Shown one piece after another: positions 53,150 to 64,000 of a stretch of 64,000 bases of DNA (its first letter is position 1; each line of letters starts with the position of its first letter). Under the pieces are notes generated by a model. That model did no database searches and was not told the DNA's origin. It saw only the letters and a list, made by a program, of their open reading frames with translations. The stretch comes from Trichoplax adhaerens. Lineage: Eukaryota > Animalia > Placozoa. The DNA lies in the NCBI RefSeq assembly GCF_000150275.1, contig NW_002060943.1:12719694-12783693 (forward strand), in the 5' to 3' direction. The position numbers and the translations under genes were made by a program.

Positions 53150-56100
53150 AGGGAGTTGAGCTGAGCTTGTTGGAAGTTACCAAAATAAATAATGTGAATT
53201 CAGGATTGCTGCTATTTGTTTAGTTAATGAATTTTGGTGTCTATAACACAGCATAATCTGTCCATACCCTATCCATTGTATAATGTGCTGCATGTTCTAC
53301 ATTAAGAATAGTATGAAATTGATCGTATTTTGATTTAAAATTGAGGAATAGGTATTACTGTTGAAGGTATCCTAATTATTTTAATCACTAGGGCGAATTA
53401 CTGTCAACCGATATTTTAATAGACTAAGCAATTGTGTTGATTTAAGTTGCCCCTGAATGGTTCAGAGACTATTCACCATAATTCTTCCTTTCCCCCGTCA
53501 CTGTAAGTAGAACTTGCAACGTATCAGAGATTTTTCTTTCCCTGATGATTATCCACCCTCGTAGAAAGCTTTTCCCTTCATGGTCCTGATAAGCGTCTAT
53601 GTTTTCCTTTTACTCTAGTGTACCAGTATTCATTCTTGGGAAAGATTCAAACTCCAACAGAAATAAACATGCTATGCATGTACCGTATGTAGTGATTTAC
53701 AGAACTTCCACATTACTTTATAGATGCAAGGCTGTATTGGTCGCAGCTTATTTATTTTCTTTGAAGTCCTGATTCACAATCACTCAAATACGTTAACGAT
53801 GAATTTATATTTTGTAGGATAAGTCAGCAACCTGAAAATAATTAGATATACTTGTTTATAATAGAGTACCAAGCAGGTATTCGCCGAATATCATTACATT
53901 AGTGACTTCTCCATGTATATAGTCGTCGCATAAATACCCAGTGAGTACAGCAATAATTTAGAAACACTTTGATATTGGATAGTTATTATTACAGCGAGCT
54001 TATAAACATAGGTTACTACCCTTTAACGAGTAAGGGTATAATCTACGCCCTATTACAGTAAGCTAATCACTTAGTCTATTGACAAGAAAATTACATCTTG
54101 GTAAAATCGTTTTATTTACATCGAAAGTTAAAATTCCGCTTACGACGCGATAAAGTACAGGTGCTCAATTTTCAGAGATGGTATTGTTTATATTCATAAT
54201 CACGGCAAAAAGTTTTGCCATGTATTATGAATCGATTGATCAAGAGTAGCCTATGAAGCTTACCATTCACACTGTTGTCGTTTTACTTCTTTAACTTAAA
54301 AACTATCCATACAGTACTGTAAAACTTTGTAATATAATCATAAACTATATCACTACGTTTGCAATAAAACCTGTTCTACTAACACGGCTCAGTATGTAAA
54401 TTATACAAAAAATTTATAATAATCAATTTTATTACTGTTGTTCTTGGATTGAGATGTTACTTAATAGCACTAAATGCTCTTAAAAGATGAGGGGGAAAGT
54501 TCTTACGACATCAGATCTTAGGATAGAAGGACAGAGACCAATAGTGACCGGAAAATATAACTGCTTAAATATTTAGCTTACTTTATTTACAACATTAAAA
54601 TTGCAAACTTGATCTCTTAACATTTACAGAAATTAGTATGAGAAAGCAATCATGTAATTAGTATTCATTAAATTCTACGATGCTGCAATCAAGCTGAAAT
54701 CAATAAACTTAAATTAATTATGGTAAACATTACTCATATAGACTGGGTACTATTTCAGGTTCTATCTTACTTTACTTCTACGTAACCTGTTGGCAATAAT
54801 AAATAATCTAACAGGCTCATTACAACATTTAAATGACATTTGATACATGGCAGTAATTACATGATGATTGATAATGCCAATATTGATTAATTCCTCTTTA
54901 ATAATAGTTTGAATTTAAGTGAATGTGATTATTACCCTTTCTCCTGAAAGGCTCCTTTGTACATGATCGTGATGCATGTCCATCTATCTCTAATTCTTTA
55001 CTGTACTGTAAATAGATTTATTTTTGAGGAAAAAAGCGAACTCCCACAAATAGATACCCCATAAATACATGTAGTGATTAACACATTTTCTGATCAATTT
55101 TTATAGATCCAAGACTGTATTGGAGCCGGTTGTGTTTATTTTCTTAAAGTTCGTATTGGAAATCGTTCAAATACTTTGCTATAAATCTCATTCCTTGTCT
55201 ATAAGATAGGTCAACAACCAAAAGATAACAAGATGAACTTGTATTTGATTGATTACCATGCCGATTTTCGTAAATGATCATGACGGTAACGACTTTTCGA
55301 CGCCAACCAATTATTGCATACATACCTAGCCAATAAAGTATTAATTTTAAAGACATTTTGATAAAGGACATGGGTAGATACTATTCTAACGAGCTTATAA
55401 CCGTGAGTTAGTATCCTTTCAACAGTAACTGGCTGGCTCTTAATCTACATTCTATTACAGTAAGCCAATTAACTCCATCTATTGACATGAGAATTGCACC
55501 CAGATAGAATAGCATTCATTCTTTGCATGATATTATGTCAAAGATTAAAAAGCGGCTTACCTCATGATAAATTTTGATACTCAATTTGACGGGAAAGGTC
55601 ATGTCATATCAAATTAATGATCATCGCAATCTTGTAATAACATATATTATAAATGAGTCGATTGAGGAAGGATTATCTATGAAAATTATTATTTGTACAG
55701 TAGCAGTTTCACTTCTTCAATTTATAAACTAGCCGTCAAGCGTAATGTTGTAAAATGCTATATAGGCTACATCGTTCAACCTAAATCGATTGTGTTCATG
55801 ACAAATAGATTGAGTCAAGAAATTAGGCAATTCTTCCTTGATGATCAAGATCACTATTTCTGTTCTCACTCCAGTATGAATATCGATTCTGGTATACTGT
55901 AGATAGTACGATCTATTTCAGGGATACATTTCTAATTTATTCAATCTAATACTAACCTTTTAAAATACGATCATGACTAACTGGCTAGAGTCATGCTCGT
56001 CGTCAGCAAGATACTCGACAACAGTCTAACTGTCTCGTCGTTCTCGGCCAACTGTAATGGAGTAGCGATTGCATTTAATATTTATAACATTGTTCGTAGC

Positions 56101-56485
56101 ACTCAATGTTGTTTTATGTGGTTTCTACAGATAGCGACTTTGGCAGATGCTAAAAGTTTTCTTCGATTTCTCTATTTGGAGATAGGATAGAACAGCTTAT
56201 CGTTGGTAGTTATGCCCAAGAGAGAAAGGAGATATTCCCTAAGAGTTCATATATTGTCGTAGCTTTCAGAGGATTAATTAAGGGAGATTGCTTGCGATTG
56301 CAGCACATTGAAAGTCTTCCTACGGGTACTGATCGTTTAAAACTTCTCTAAAACCTTGCAGTATAGTGCAAATAGTTTTCAGCATTGTGATTTTGAAATT
56401 CTATTTTATTACTATAGCCTTATGTAGATACAGTACATCTTGCTAAAACTCCAAATCCGCAAGGTCACGAGCACCGAATAAAGTA
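53150..56485 (-). pseudogene. Heavily decayed coding-like relic with an internal ~1.4-kb repeat (copy in unit 1)
   Basis: Segments ~53560-54300 and ~54925-55720 are similar to each other and to ~59300-60080 and ~60710-61370. Minus-strand translations share broken motifs (CIACxFLLGFEFFP, MDxxxDHVxxSLSGGRVII, VTVMIIYENR) with many stops and frameshifts. Confidence 0.4.
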
Positions 56486-57560
56486 ACTGTATGCAGCCCC
56501 TAAGATAGCTTAGATTGTGATCCAAGCAAGATTGTATGAGAATAGCTTAAATTGCATCGTCAACGTTTGCCTGTTTTACGGTATTATTCTTTGTCTATTT
56601 TTAATAATTTAATACCAGGGTTTATACAACTACAGTTTGACAATATGCATACAGTTAGGATACGATGAATCTTATTATTTAAATTTAAACTTTGGGTCCC
56701 TAAACTTAACAATTTGGCCAATTTTATTTTATTTGTGCTGATAGTACATACAGTAGTATAGCTAAAATGACACTGTAAGTCTGTTTCATCCTTCTTGATT
56801 TCTCCCTATAGTATGTGAGTAACTACCAATGATCTCCGTATCCTCAGAAAGTTACAGCAACCACTGGTCTTTATGCGATAAAAAGTGAACTTAAACTTTA
56901 TTAAAAGTTGAGTCAATTTGTACTTCAATGGCACTATCCATTAGTTATCAATACTTAAAGATAGAAATATTAATTAACATAGTTATCGATTAAAAATATT
57001 ACACGCGTAATATGTCAATTTTATGATATTATCAATAAATTCCAAGATAAAGCCTACTAGAAAACTGTATTAGTCGGATACCATATTTTTCTATGTCTTA
57101 CTTTCACAACGACAACAAAATCAGTTATTACGGTAGAAATTCTTGTTTACTTAGTTGCTATAGATAATTAAATTATTCACAGTCGTGATATACAATACTG
57201 ATAGTAGTCCAACATTGCATGATAAATTTAAATTCTGCAAAATTGGATGTAGCGCGGAAAAGCTTGCCAGGGCAAATAAGCGAAGTTAGTCTATGCCTAT
57301 TAGATATATAAATAGAAGTAGTACTTGATACATCTTTCTATAATCATGTCAACTTGAACAATATATAAGCTTAAACGGGATGTATATGACCCGAATATAA
57401 TTTATAATTAAGGGCAAAACGGCCACTAATATAAACAAGGGAAGGATACAAAAGTATTTTATCGTGGTACTAAATTTAATAATTCTTTATCTGATATTAA
57501 TTTAAACTTCTTCTATGGCAAGTTATGATCTTTGACTTATACAGCATAACAGAAAGTAAA

Positions 57561-58370
57561 TTACGGTTCTACTATCAATTTAAATTTTACTTCCTGTTGT
57601 ATACATGCACAATGGATTGGTACATATAATGAAAACACTGCTTTCTTATCCACTGAGGGCCAACTGTCATCTAAAACATCGTATTCAAACTCAATTCGCT
57701 GCTTCATATTCGCTTTTTCACATTTTTCAATCATTTTAGGTGAACAGCCTGCATAATCACAGCTTGTATAGGCATATTGAGAAGGCCCACGAAGCGTAAA
57801 GTTGGATAATACTTGTGGAGGTATGAATGCTTGTAGTTTCTCAGCGACAAAGCAAGTGAAACCAAAGTTGTCTGTTTCTAGCGATTTTTTAATCTTTGTG
57901 GATGTATGCTTCAAACCTTTGGTGTTATCGATTTCTTTCACTGAATGCGAACCCAATTTTGTTTCCTTGCACATTGCATCTTCGGATTGAGAAGATCGTG
58001 CACTACCATAGGGTAAGGCGATTAAAAGAATCATCATTACTGGGATTATCAACAATTTTGAAATGGTGGAGCGTACCTATATTTTCAAAGACAAAGCAAA
58101 ATCAGTTAATGTTTCTCATGCATTCCATTGACGTAAGTTAGCAATGAATTAAGCTAAATAAAGAATTGAGACTAATTATTTAAATTTTAAATGTTATAAA
58201 CTCTTAAATGAAATGGTTAGTAATAAACTTACTATGTATGACAATAATACCAACAATTACTACCATTATTATTACAAAAAACTAAGACTAATATCTATTC
58301 GAGCTAGCTAAGCAGGTTAAGAATTTAAATTAAGAACAAAAAACAGTACATTCTAAATTATTCTCACCAT
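57561..58370 (-). CDS. Secreted cystine-knot prepro-protein, paralog 2 (~172 aa)
   Basis: Exon 1 ATG at 58370-58368; exon 2 58076-57561 (VRSTISKLLIIPVMMILLIALPYGSA...). KKSL site and identical Cys spacing (C-x30-CDYAGC-x7-C-x36-CAC). Confidence 0.8.
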
Positions 58371-58899
58371 TTTGCCACTTGATGTCAACGATAATTAGAT
58401 TGAAACTGACTTGAGAGATTAAAACTTTAACGAGTCCAAATTAATGATCGCCTTTTTAGTTTAGAAACTACCGGTGCTGGTGATGAATTGAATTTTGTAA
58501 GAAGATCAGCCCTTTTATGTTGTTCGCTTGCTCTCCAATTGTAAGTCGAGATGATGATCACTATGGCATAAATAAGCAGCATTGTTTATTATTTTAATAT
58601 TATAATGTAGCAATATTGCATAAATTACGCAAATTACTATAAAATCACCTTCTAAATGATTCCTAAGCAGATTTTTTCCCTTTTCGATGATTTAATGAGA
58701 TCTGGTTATAGACTGTAAATAAATAATCATGGTCTACACTGCTATTCAGCTATGAGCAAGTAAAGGGTTGTAGCACCGCATTAGCAGCACTACTGTTTTA
58801 AAAGTCTATCGAGATATTCTTCCCTGAAAACAGATAGCTGCAGCATCACGAGCGGAAAGTTCGACTAGTGCTACTTACTTCATTTTGGGCGATAGTTCG

Positions 58900-61800
58900 A
58901 TTCATGAGGTTGAGCTGAGTTTATTCGAATTTATGCAAAATAATATGGATTCATTACAGGATTGTTGCTATTTGTTTACATAATGAATTGTGATGATGAT
59001 TATGATACAGTATTATCTGTCGATACCCTACTTTTTCACTGTATAAGATATTGCATATTCTACAGTAATGACTGAAGTATGTCTATCGTATTTTGATTTA
59101 AAATTGGGGGAGTTGATATTACTGTTGAAAGTATCCCAATTATTCTAACCACTATGTTGAATTACTGTCAGTCCATGTTTAATGGACAAAGCGTCTTTAT
59201 TGAGTTGAACAGCCCCTGACGGATTCGAAGATTACTTGCCAAAGTGTATCCTTTTCCCTACGATTGTATGTTTAACTAGGAGTACACCAGGGATTTGTCT
59301 TTCCCTGATGATTACCCATCCTCCTGAAAGGATACTTCGTATATAGTTGTGATACACGTCCATTTATCTCTACTAAACTAATATACACGCATTCATCCTC
59401 GGGGAAGAATTCGAATCCCAAAAGAAATGGATACCCCATACATGCATGTCACGATAGACAGAATTTCTAGATTATTTTAGAGATCTAAGAATGTAAAGAT
59501 GCCGGTTTTATTTATTTTCTTGAATTCCCAAAAGGTGAAAGCTCGAATATTTATGGATTAAATTCCTATTTTGTAGGATAGACTAACAACCTAAAGATAA
59601 TTAGATAAACGTAGATGTGGTTGATTGCTAAATCTATTTTCGTAGATAATCATTACAGTAATGAATTTTGGACTTTTCATGATCAATACATAAATAGCCA
59701 GCGAGTGTGATGTTAATTTTAAAGACACTTTGATATTGGATAGTTATTATCATAACGAGCATATAAACAAGAATCAATATCCTTCAACAACTAAAGGTCT
59801 AGCTCTTAGTCTACGTCCTACGGCAGTAAGCCAATCAACTCAATCTATTGGCAAGAAAACGATATCTAGACAGAATGATATTATTCACATGATATTATAT
59901 CTAAAGTTAAAATTCAGCATGCTTTATGATATAGGACCGACGCTAAATTTTAAGAGGATGATACTATTTGCTTTCATGGCCAAGGTAAATCTTGTAATAC
60001 AAATTATAAATGAATGGATTGAACTGGGGTTTACCTATGGAAGTCATTTATACAGTTGCGATTTAATTTCTTCAATTTAAAAGCTGACTAGCGATGCAGT
60101 ACTGTCAAATGTTATAACGTTATCGTAGACAATGCCTTTGCATTTGTAATAAATCTGTTCTACTAACTCTACCCAGCATGTGAGTTACAAGAAGAATTTT
60201 ATAATAACCAATTATATTTTTGATTCTCTAATGATTGAGATACTTCACTATGAAATAGTGTAACAAATTCTAACAGTCGAAGAAGAAAGCTTCTTGCAAT
60301 AGATCTTGAAAAAGGAGAACTAAGAATAAAAGCGTAAGAAATGCATATCTGCTTGAATATTTAACCTACCTTATTTACAAGATAAAAATTAGTAACAAAT
60401 CCCTTAATACTTAAAGAGCTACGTATAATGAAAACAATTCTATGATTAGTATTATATTTTTCAAAGTTCCAATCATTCTACTGAAATTGTCATAAATATT
60501 ATTGTACGGGTATATACTTATTATCATCAGCTCTAGATTGGGTATTATATTCAAGTTCTACTTAGTTTACTCGACATAACCTGCTGATAAGAATAACTTT
60601 TCCAGCAGCTTTATTACAACATTGAAATGACATTTAATGACGGCAACTACACAATGATTTAGTCAATATCAATCGATTCTTCTTCAATGATTGCTTTAAA
60701 TCAAGCGAATCTGATGATTACCCTTCCTCATGAAAGGTGCTTGGTGGTATATGGTTACGATACACATCCATTCACTTCTATAGCTCTACTATAGATGTAC
60801 TAGTATTCATTTTTGGGGGAAGATGGCGAAACCCAACAGAAATGAGCATGCTATGCATGCATATAGTGATTGACAGAATTTTTGTATCACTTTATAGATC
60901 CTAAACTAGATTCGCAATCACTCGAATATATTGCTATAAATTTCATTCCTATTTCGTAAGATAGCTCAACAAAGTCAAGATAACGGCCGTTCCATACTTT
61001 ATAATCATTACATAATTGGTCAGCGAGTGCCGAGAAAATTTGAAGGCACTTTAATATTGGAAAGTTATTATTATAATAAGCTTATAACTATGGGTCATAC
61101 AATATCCATTAGTGATTAAAGAGCTTGCAGCTTAGTAAATGTCTTATTACAGTAAGCTAATTGACTCTGTTCTATTGGCCTAAAAACTCCATCCAGATAG
61201 ACTAGTATTATGTGCTTGATATTACATCGAAGGAAATTTGAAGGGAAATATGATGTTATATTAATGATCATAGTGAAATCTTATAACAAGCATCATGAAT
61301 CGATTGAACAGAGGTCACGTATGAAGATAATTATTCGTACAATTAAAGGTTTACTTCTTCAACTTCAAAACTAGCAGTTAAATATAATACTAGAAATGGT
61401 TATTATATTGTAGGCTGTATCGTTTAGTCCAAATCGGTTGAATACATGACAAAATGATCCGATTCCAAAAATTAGGGTAATTCCACATCGATGTTCAAAA
61501 CAAATATTTTTCCGCACTTTTAATATGAACAATAATTCTTGCGTAGATAGCACAATCCATTCGGGGGTACATTGCTGATAATTTATGCATTGTCGTATTA
61601 AAAATGTGAAATGCTATCATGACTAATGTAGCTGGAGTCATGCTGTTCATCAGCAAGATACTCCACGGTGGTCTAATTGTCTCTTTGTTTCCGGTAAACT
61701 GCCACGGGGAAACGGCTGCTTGTTGCTATTAATAATTAATCTATGTTTTTCGTGCCACTTAAAGCTGCAATTTCGCTTCTATATGGGGATTTAAAGCAGT

Positions 61801-62150
61801 AGCTTTGGTTGATACTAAAACTTTTAATCGATTTCTCCATTTGGAGATAAAATAGCACTTGGGATTGTTGGCAGCTATGCCTAATAAGGGAGAAGTGAGA
61901 TTCCAGAAGAATTCAGATTTAATGGCATTCCATAGAATTAAGAAACATCCTAAGGGATTGAAGCATATTGAAAGTCTTCCTAAGGGTGTTGATCTTTAAA
62001 AAGCTTCTGTAATTTTGCAATATAGTGAAATTGTTTTCTACATTGTGTTTTTTGTCATTAGATTATATTTCTGCAGCCGAATGTGGATAGGATACATCGA
62101 GCTGAATTTTTAAATATGCAAGGTTATGAGCACTGAACAAGGTAATTCTA
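58900..62150 (-). pseudogene. Heavily decayed coding-like relic (copy in unit 2)
   Basis: Paralogous to 53150-56485; same broken motifs; no long ORF. Confidence 0.4.
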
Positions 62151-64000
62151 ACCTTAATTTAATAGAGTTCAATTATTCGTTATTCCTAGCACTCGTCCTT
62201 TTTAGATTAGCAATAATTCTCTTATGTCAGAACTTTGGGTCAAATTAATACACTCTATTATAATTGCAATTTCAATAGAATTTCAATAGATAGTCTATAT
62301 CCTATATGTCAAACTTAGTTATTCTTCAATTGTAGTTTTTTTCATCTGAACTCTCATAAATATTATTTAAATCGAAAATACAAAGTGATACGAAGTTAGG
62401 GTAAGAAACGAAAAGGCCAGTTTTCAGCTATGGCTGTTACTAAATTTTATTTTAAAGTTTTTATGTGGTAAAAGGTTTGCATTTTGCTACTGTTGACGAA
62501 CTATAATAAGCTAAAGTATTATAGAAATAGTAGATGTTGATAGGATCATCACGTTCAAATAAATAGGACCAGCTGTATCGTGAGCAAAATTAACTAACTA
62601 AAATAGCTGTTGAAATTAATATAAGAGATTCTATACTAATAGGGATGTATTATCCATTGTTAATGATTACAAGAACATTATCGATTAAAGGTTTATGAAC
62701 AAGGTTATCAGTTATTTATGCCTTATTGGAAAACGTAGATAGTAATATGTGGTATATTGGTGTCAATAGAAGTCGCTACTGCACTAATTTGCAAGTTAAT
62801 TTTACTTATCAGACGATAAATGATGTTTTTGTCAATTGCATATAAAGTAAAATCTTTCTCTAATGGGTAGTTTTTATCCTTCGTTAAGATTGCACTCCCA
62901 ATAAATTGGAAGACAAGCTATTACTATTACTCCATGCTAAGGTTTTCTTTGGATTTGAATTTTATTGCACGGTCAATTTAATTTCCTAGCATAATGAACG
63001 AGTTATTTACGTTATTTTCTGGGGAATATTTTCTAACTTTGATAAACCTTAGAAAAATTTTCGAATAGGCGACCATAAACGTATACGAGTGTATATATAC
63101 ATACAATCTACAGGGCGATTCATTCTTTCAATTTGTCCTATAAATGAAGAGTTGTCTGTCATTCGTAATACCAATTTCATTATTGAGAAGTTAAAATAAA
63201 TAAAATTGTATGAAAAGCATATTCAAGCGGTGTCAATATGCTATCATACAGCTCAGTTGGGTGAATTAAGATCATGCAAAGAGCTTAAATTAATTATATG
63301 CAATTCGGTCTTTGTGGACGAAGGGAACTAGTCAGCTTAAGAATAATCAAGAGCCGAAAATACTAATATTTTCCAGTAGACTTTGTAACAAGGGCAACAT
63401 CAAAACTGTAAAATTATTTGCTGTAGATTTTAAGCGGTATTCTCTCAGTATTAATTATTATTCACTTGGGAATACATAACAAGGTGAGAATAATCAAGTG
63501 TACAATATGGCTTTCATGGAATAGTTATTGTATCTCTCTGCCACAAATTGCTTGTAACAAAGACACTCAATCCAAAAGTTTAGAGTAAACACTCTGCGAT
63601 AATGTTGTAAATAGTGTTAGATATTACGATATATGTTACATTAGCTATTAGATAGAGCGTTAAGTATATGATTAGAATATCATGAATATCATCTGTATAA
63701 GTACTTACAATATGATGACTTGTATGTAGTCTTGTAATACCGTACACGATTATACTGTAAAAGGCGGACTGATAATTTATTATATATATATGTATATGTT
63801 GTAAAGTAAATAATAGCTATAATAGTTAGTAATTAGATGTAAGCTTAAAATGCCACGACGTAAAAAGGCAAAATGTGTAAACTGGAATATCTATAAATAC
63901 CCAGCGTTTTTAATAATAAAGGCAACATAACAGGTTCTTTATTTAGTCAACAGCAGGCTAAGTTCATCTACGAATGCATGGATTAACTTACGTCTATTAT

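Larger units (their letters stand above)
51140..62150. repeat. Old tandem segmental duplication, two ~5.5-kb units (~51140-56485 and ~56630-62150)
   Basis: Collinear anchors in both units: CAACCACTGGT (51370/56859), ATAATTAAGGGCAAAAC (51796/57404), the paralogous genes, AACGAGTCCAAATT (52688/58429), GTTGAGCTGAG (53155/58909), CCCTGATGATTA (53560/59303), CAGCAAGATACTC (56004/61651), ATTGAAAGTCTTCCTA (56307/61967). Confidence 0.88.

Noticed and set aside
28571-58141. Antisense or alternate-frame ORFs over real genes (28571, 30774, 30910, 36071, 37650, 45004, 45349, 47518, 52014, 57802, 57896)
   Set aside because: Shadows of the CARD, ROCO, TPR, mucin and cystine-knot coding sequences with no independent motifs.
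52006-58370. Naming the cystine-knot genes as IL-17, bursicon, GPA2/GPB5 or TGF-beta orthologs
   Set aside because: They lack CxGxC and the extra cysteines of glycoprotein hormones, bursicon and TGF-beta. Similarity to IL-17/PTTH is at motif level only, so no symbol was assigned.

Overview
AT-rich, intron-rich eukaryotic (animal) DNA with two N-gaps (33878-34074, 35226-35275). Base composition, short GT-AG introns and the style of the 42-aa TPR array suggest a placozoan such as Trichoplax; this is inference only. Most genes are spliced and largely missed by the ORF track, so gene models were built by hand from splice sites and reading phase. (1) 53-26205 (+), 5' end outside the window: a very large LRR-containing GPCR with at least 36 one-repeat-per-exon LRR cassettes, an RXFP/LGR type C-like hinge and an intact rhodopsin-class 7TM. 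It appears to splice in frame into a C-terminal pseudokinase domain (HGN in place of HRD, NFT in place of DFG). This is the most unusual object in the window. (2) 33151-28399 (-): a ROCO GTPase with Death domain - Roc - COR - Cys cluster - CARD architecture, possibly joined to (3) an upstream TPR array gene (37724-35865, -) with near-identical 126-bp repeats. (4) 44274-49000 (+): a transmembrane mucin (SP - S/T-rich - EGF - SEA - EGFx3 - TM - Tyr-motif tail), MUC13/HEG1-like in layout. (5) An old ~5.5-kb tandem duplication (51140-62150) carrying two secreted six-cysteine cystine-knot prepro-proteins (trunk/PTTH/IL-17-like pattern) plus a decayed, internally repeated coding-like relic. (6) Several solo LTRs (TG...CA, 5-bp TSDs) from at least three families, some nested and two inverted inside the receptor's introns. 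No rRNA, tRNA or CRISPR array was recognised.
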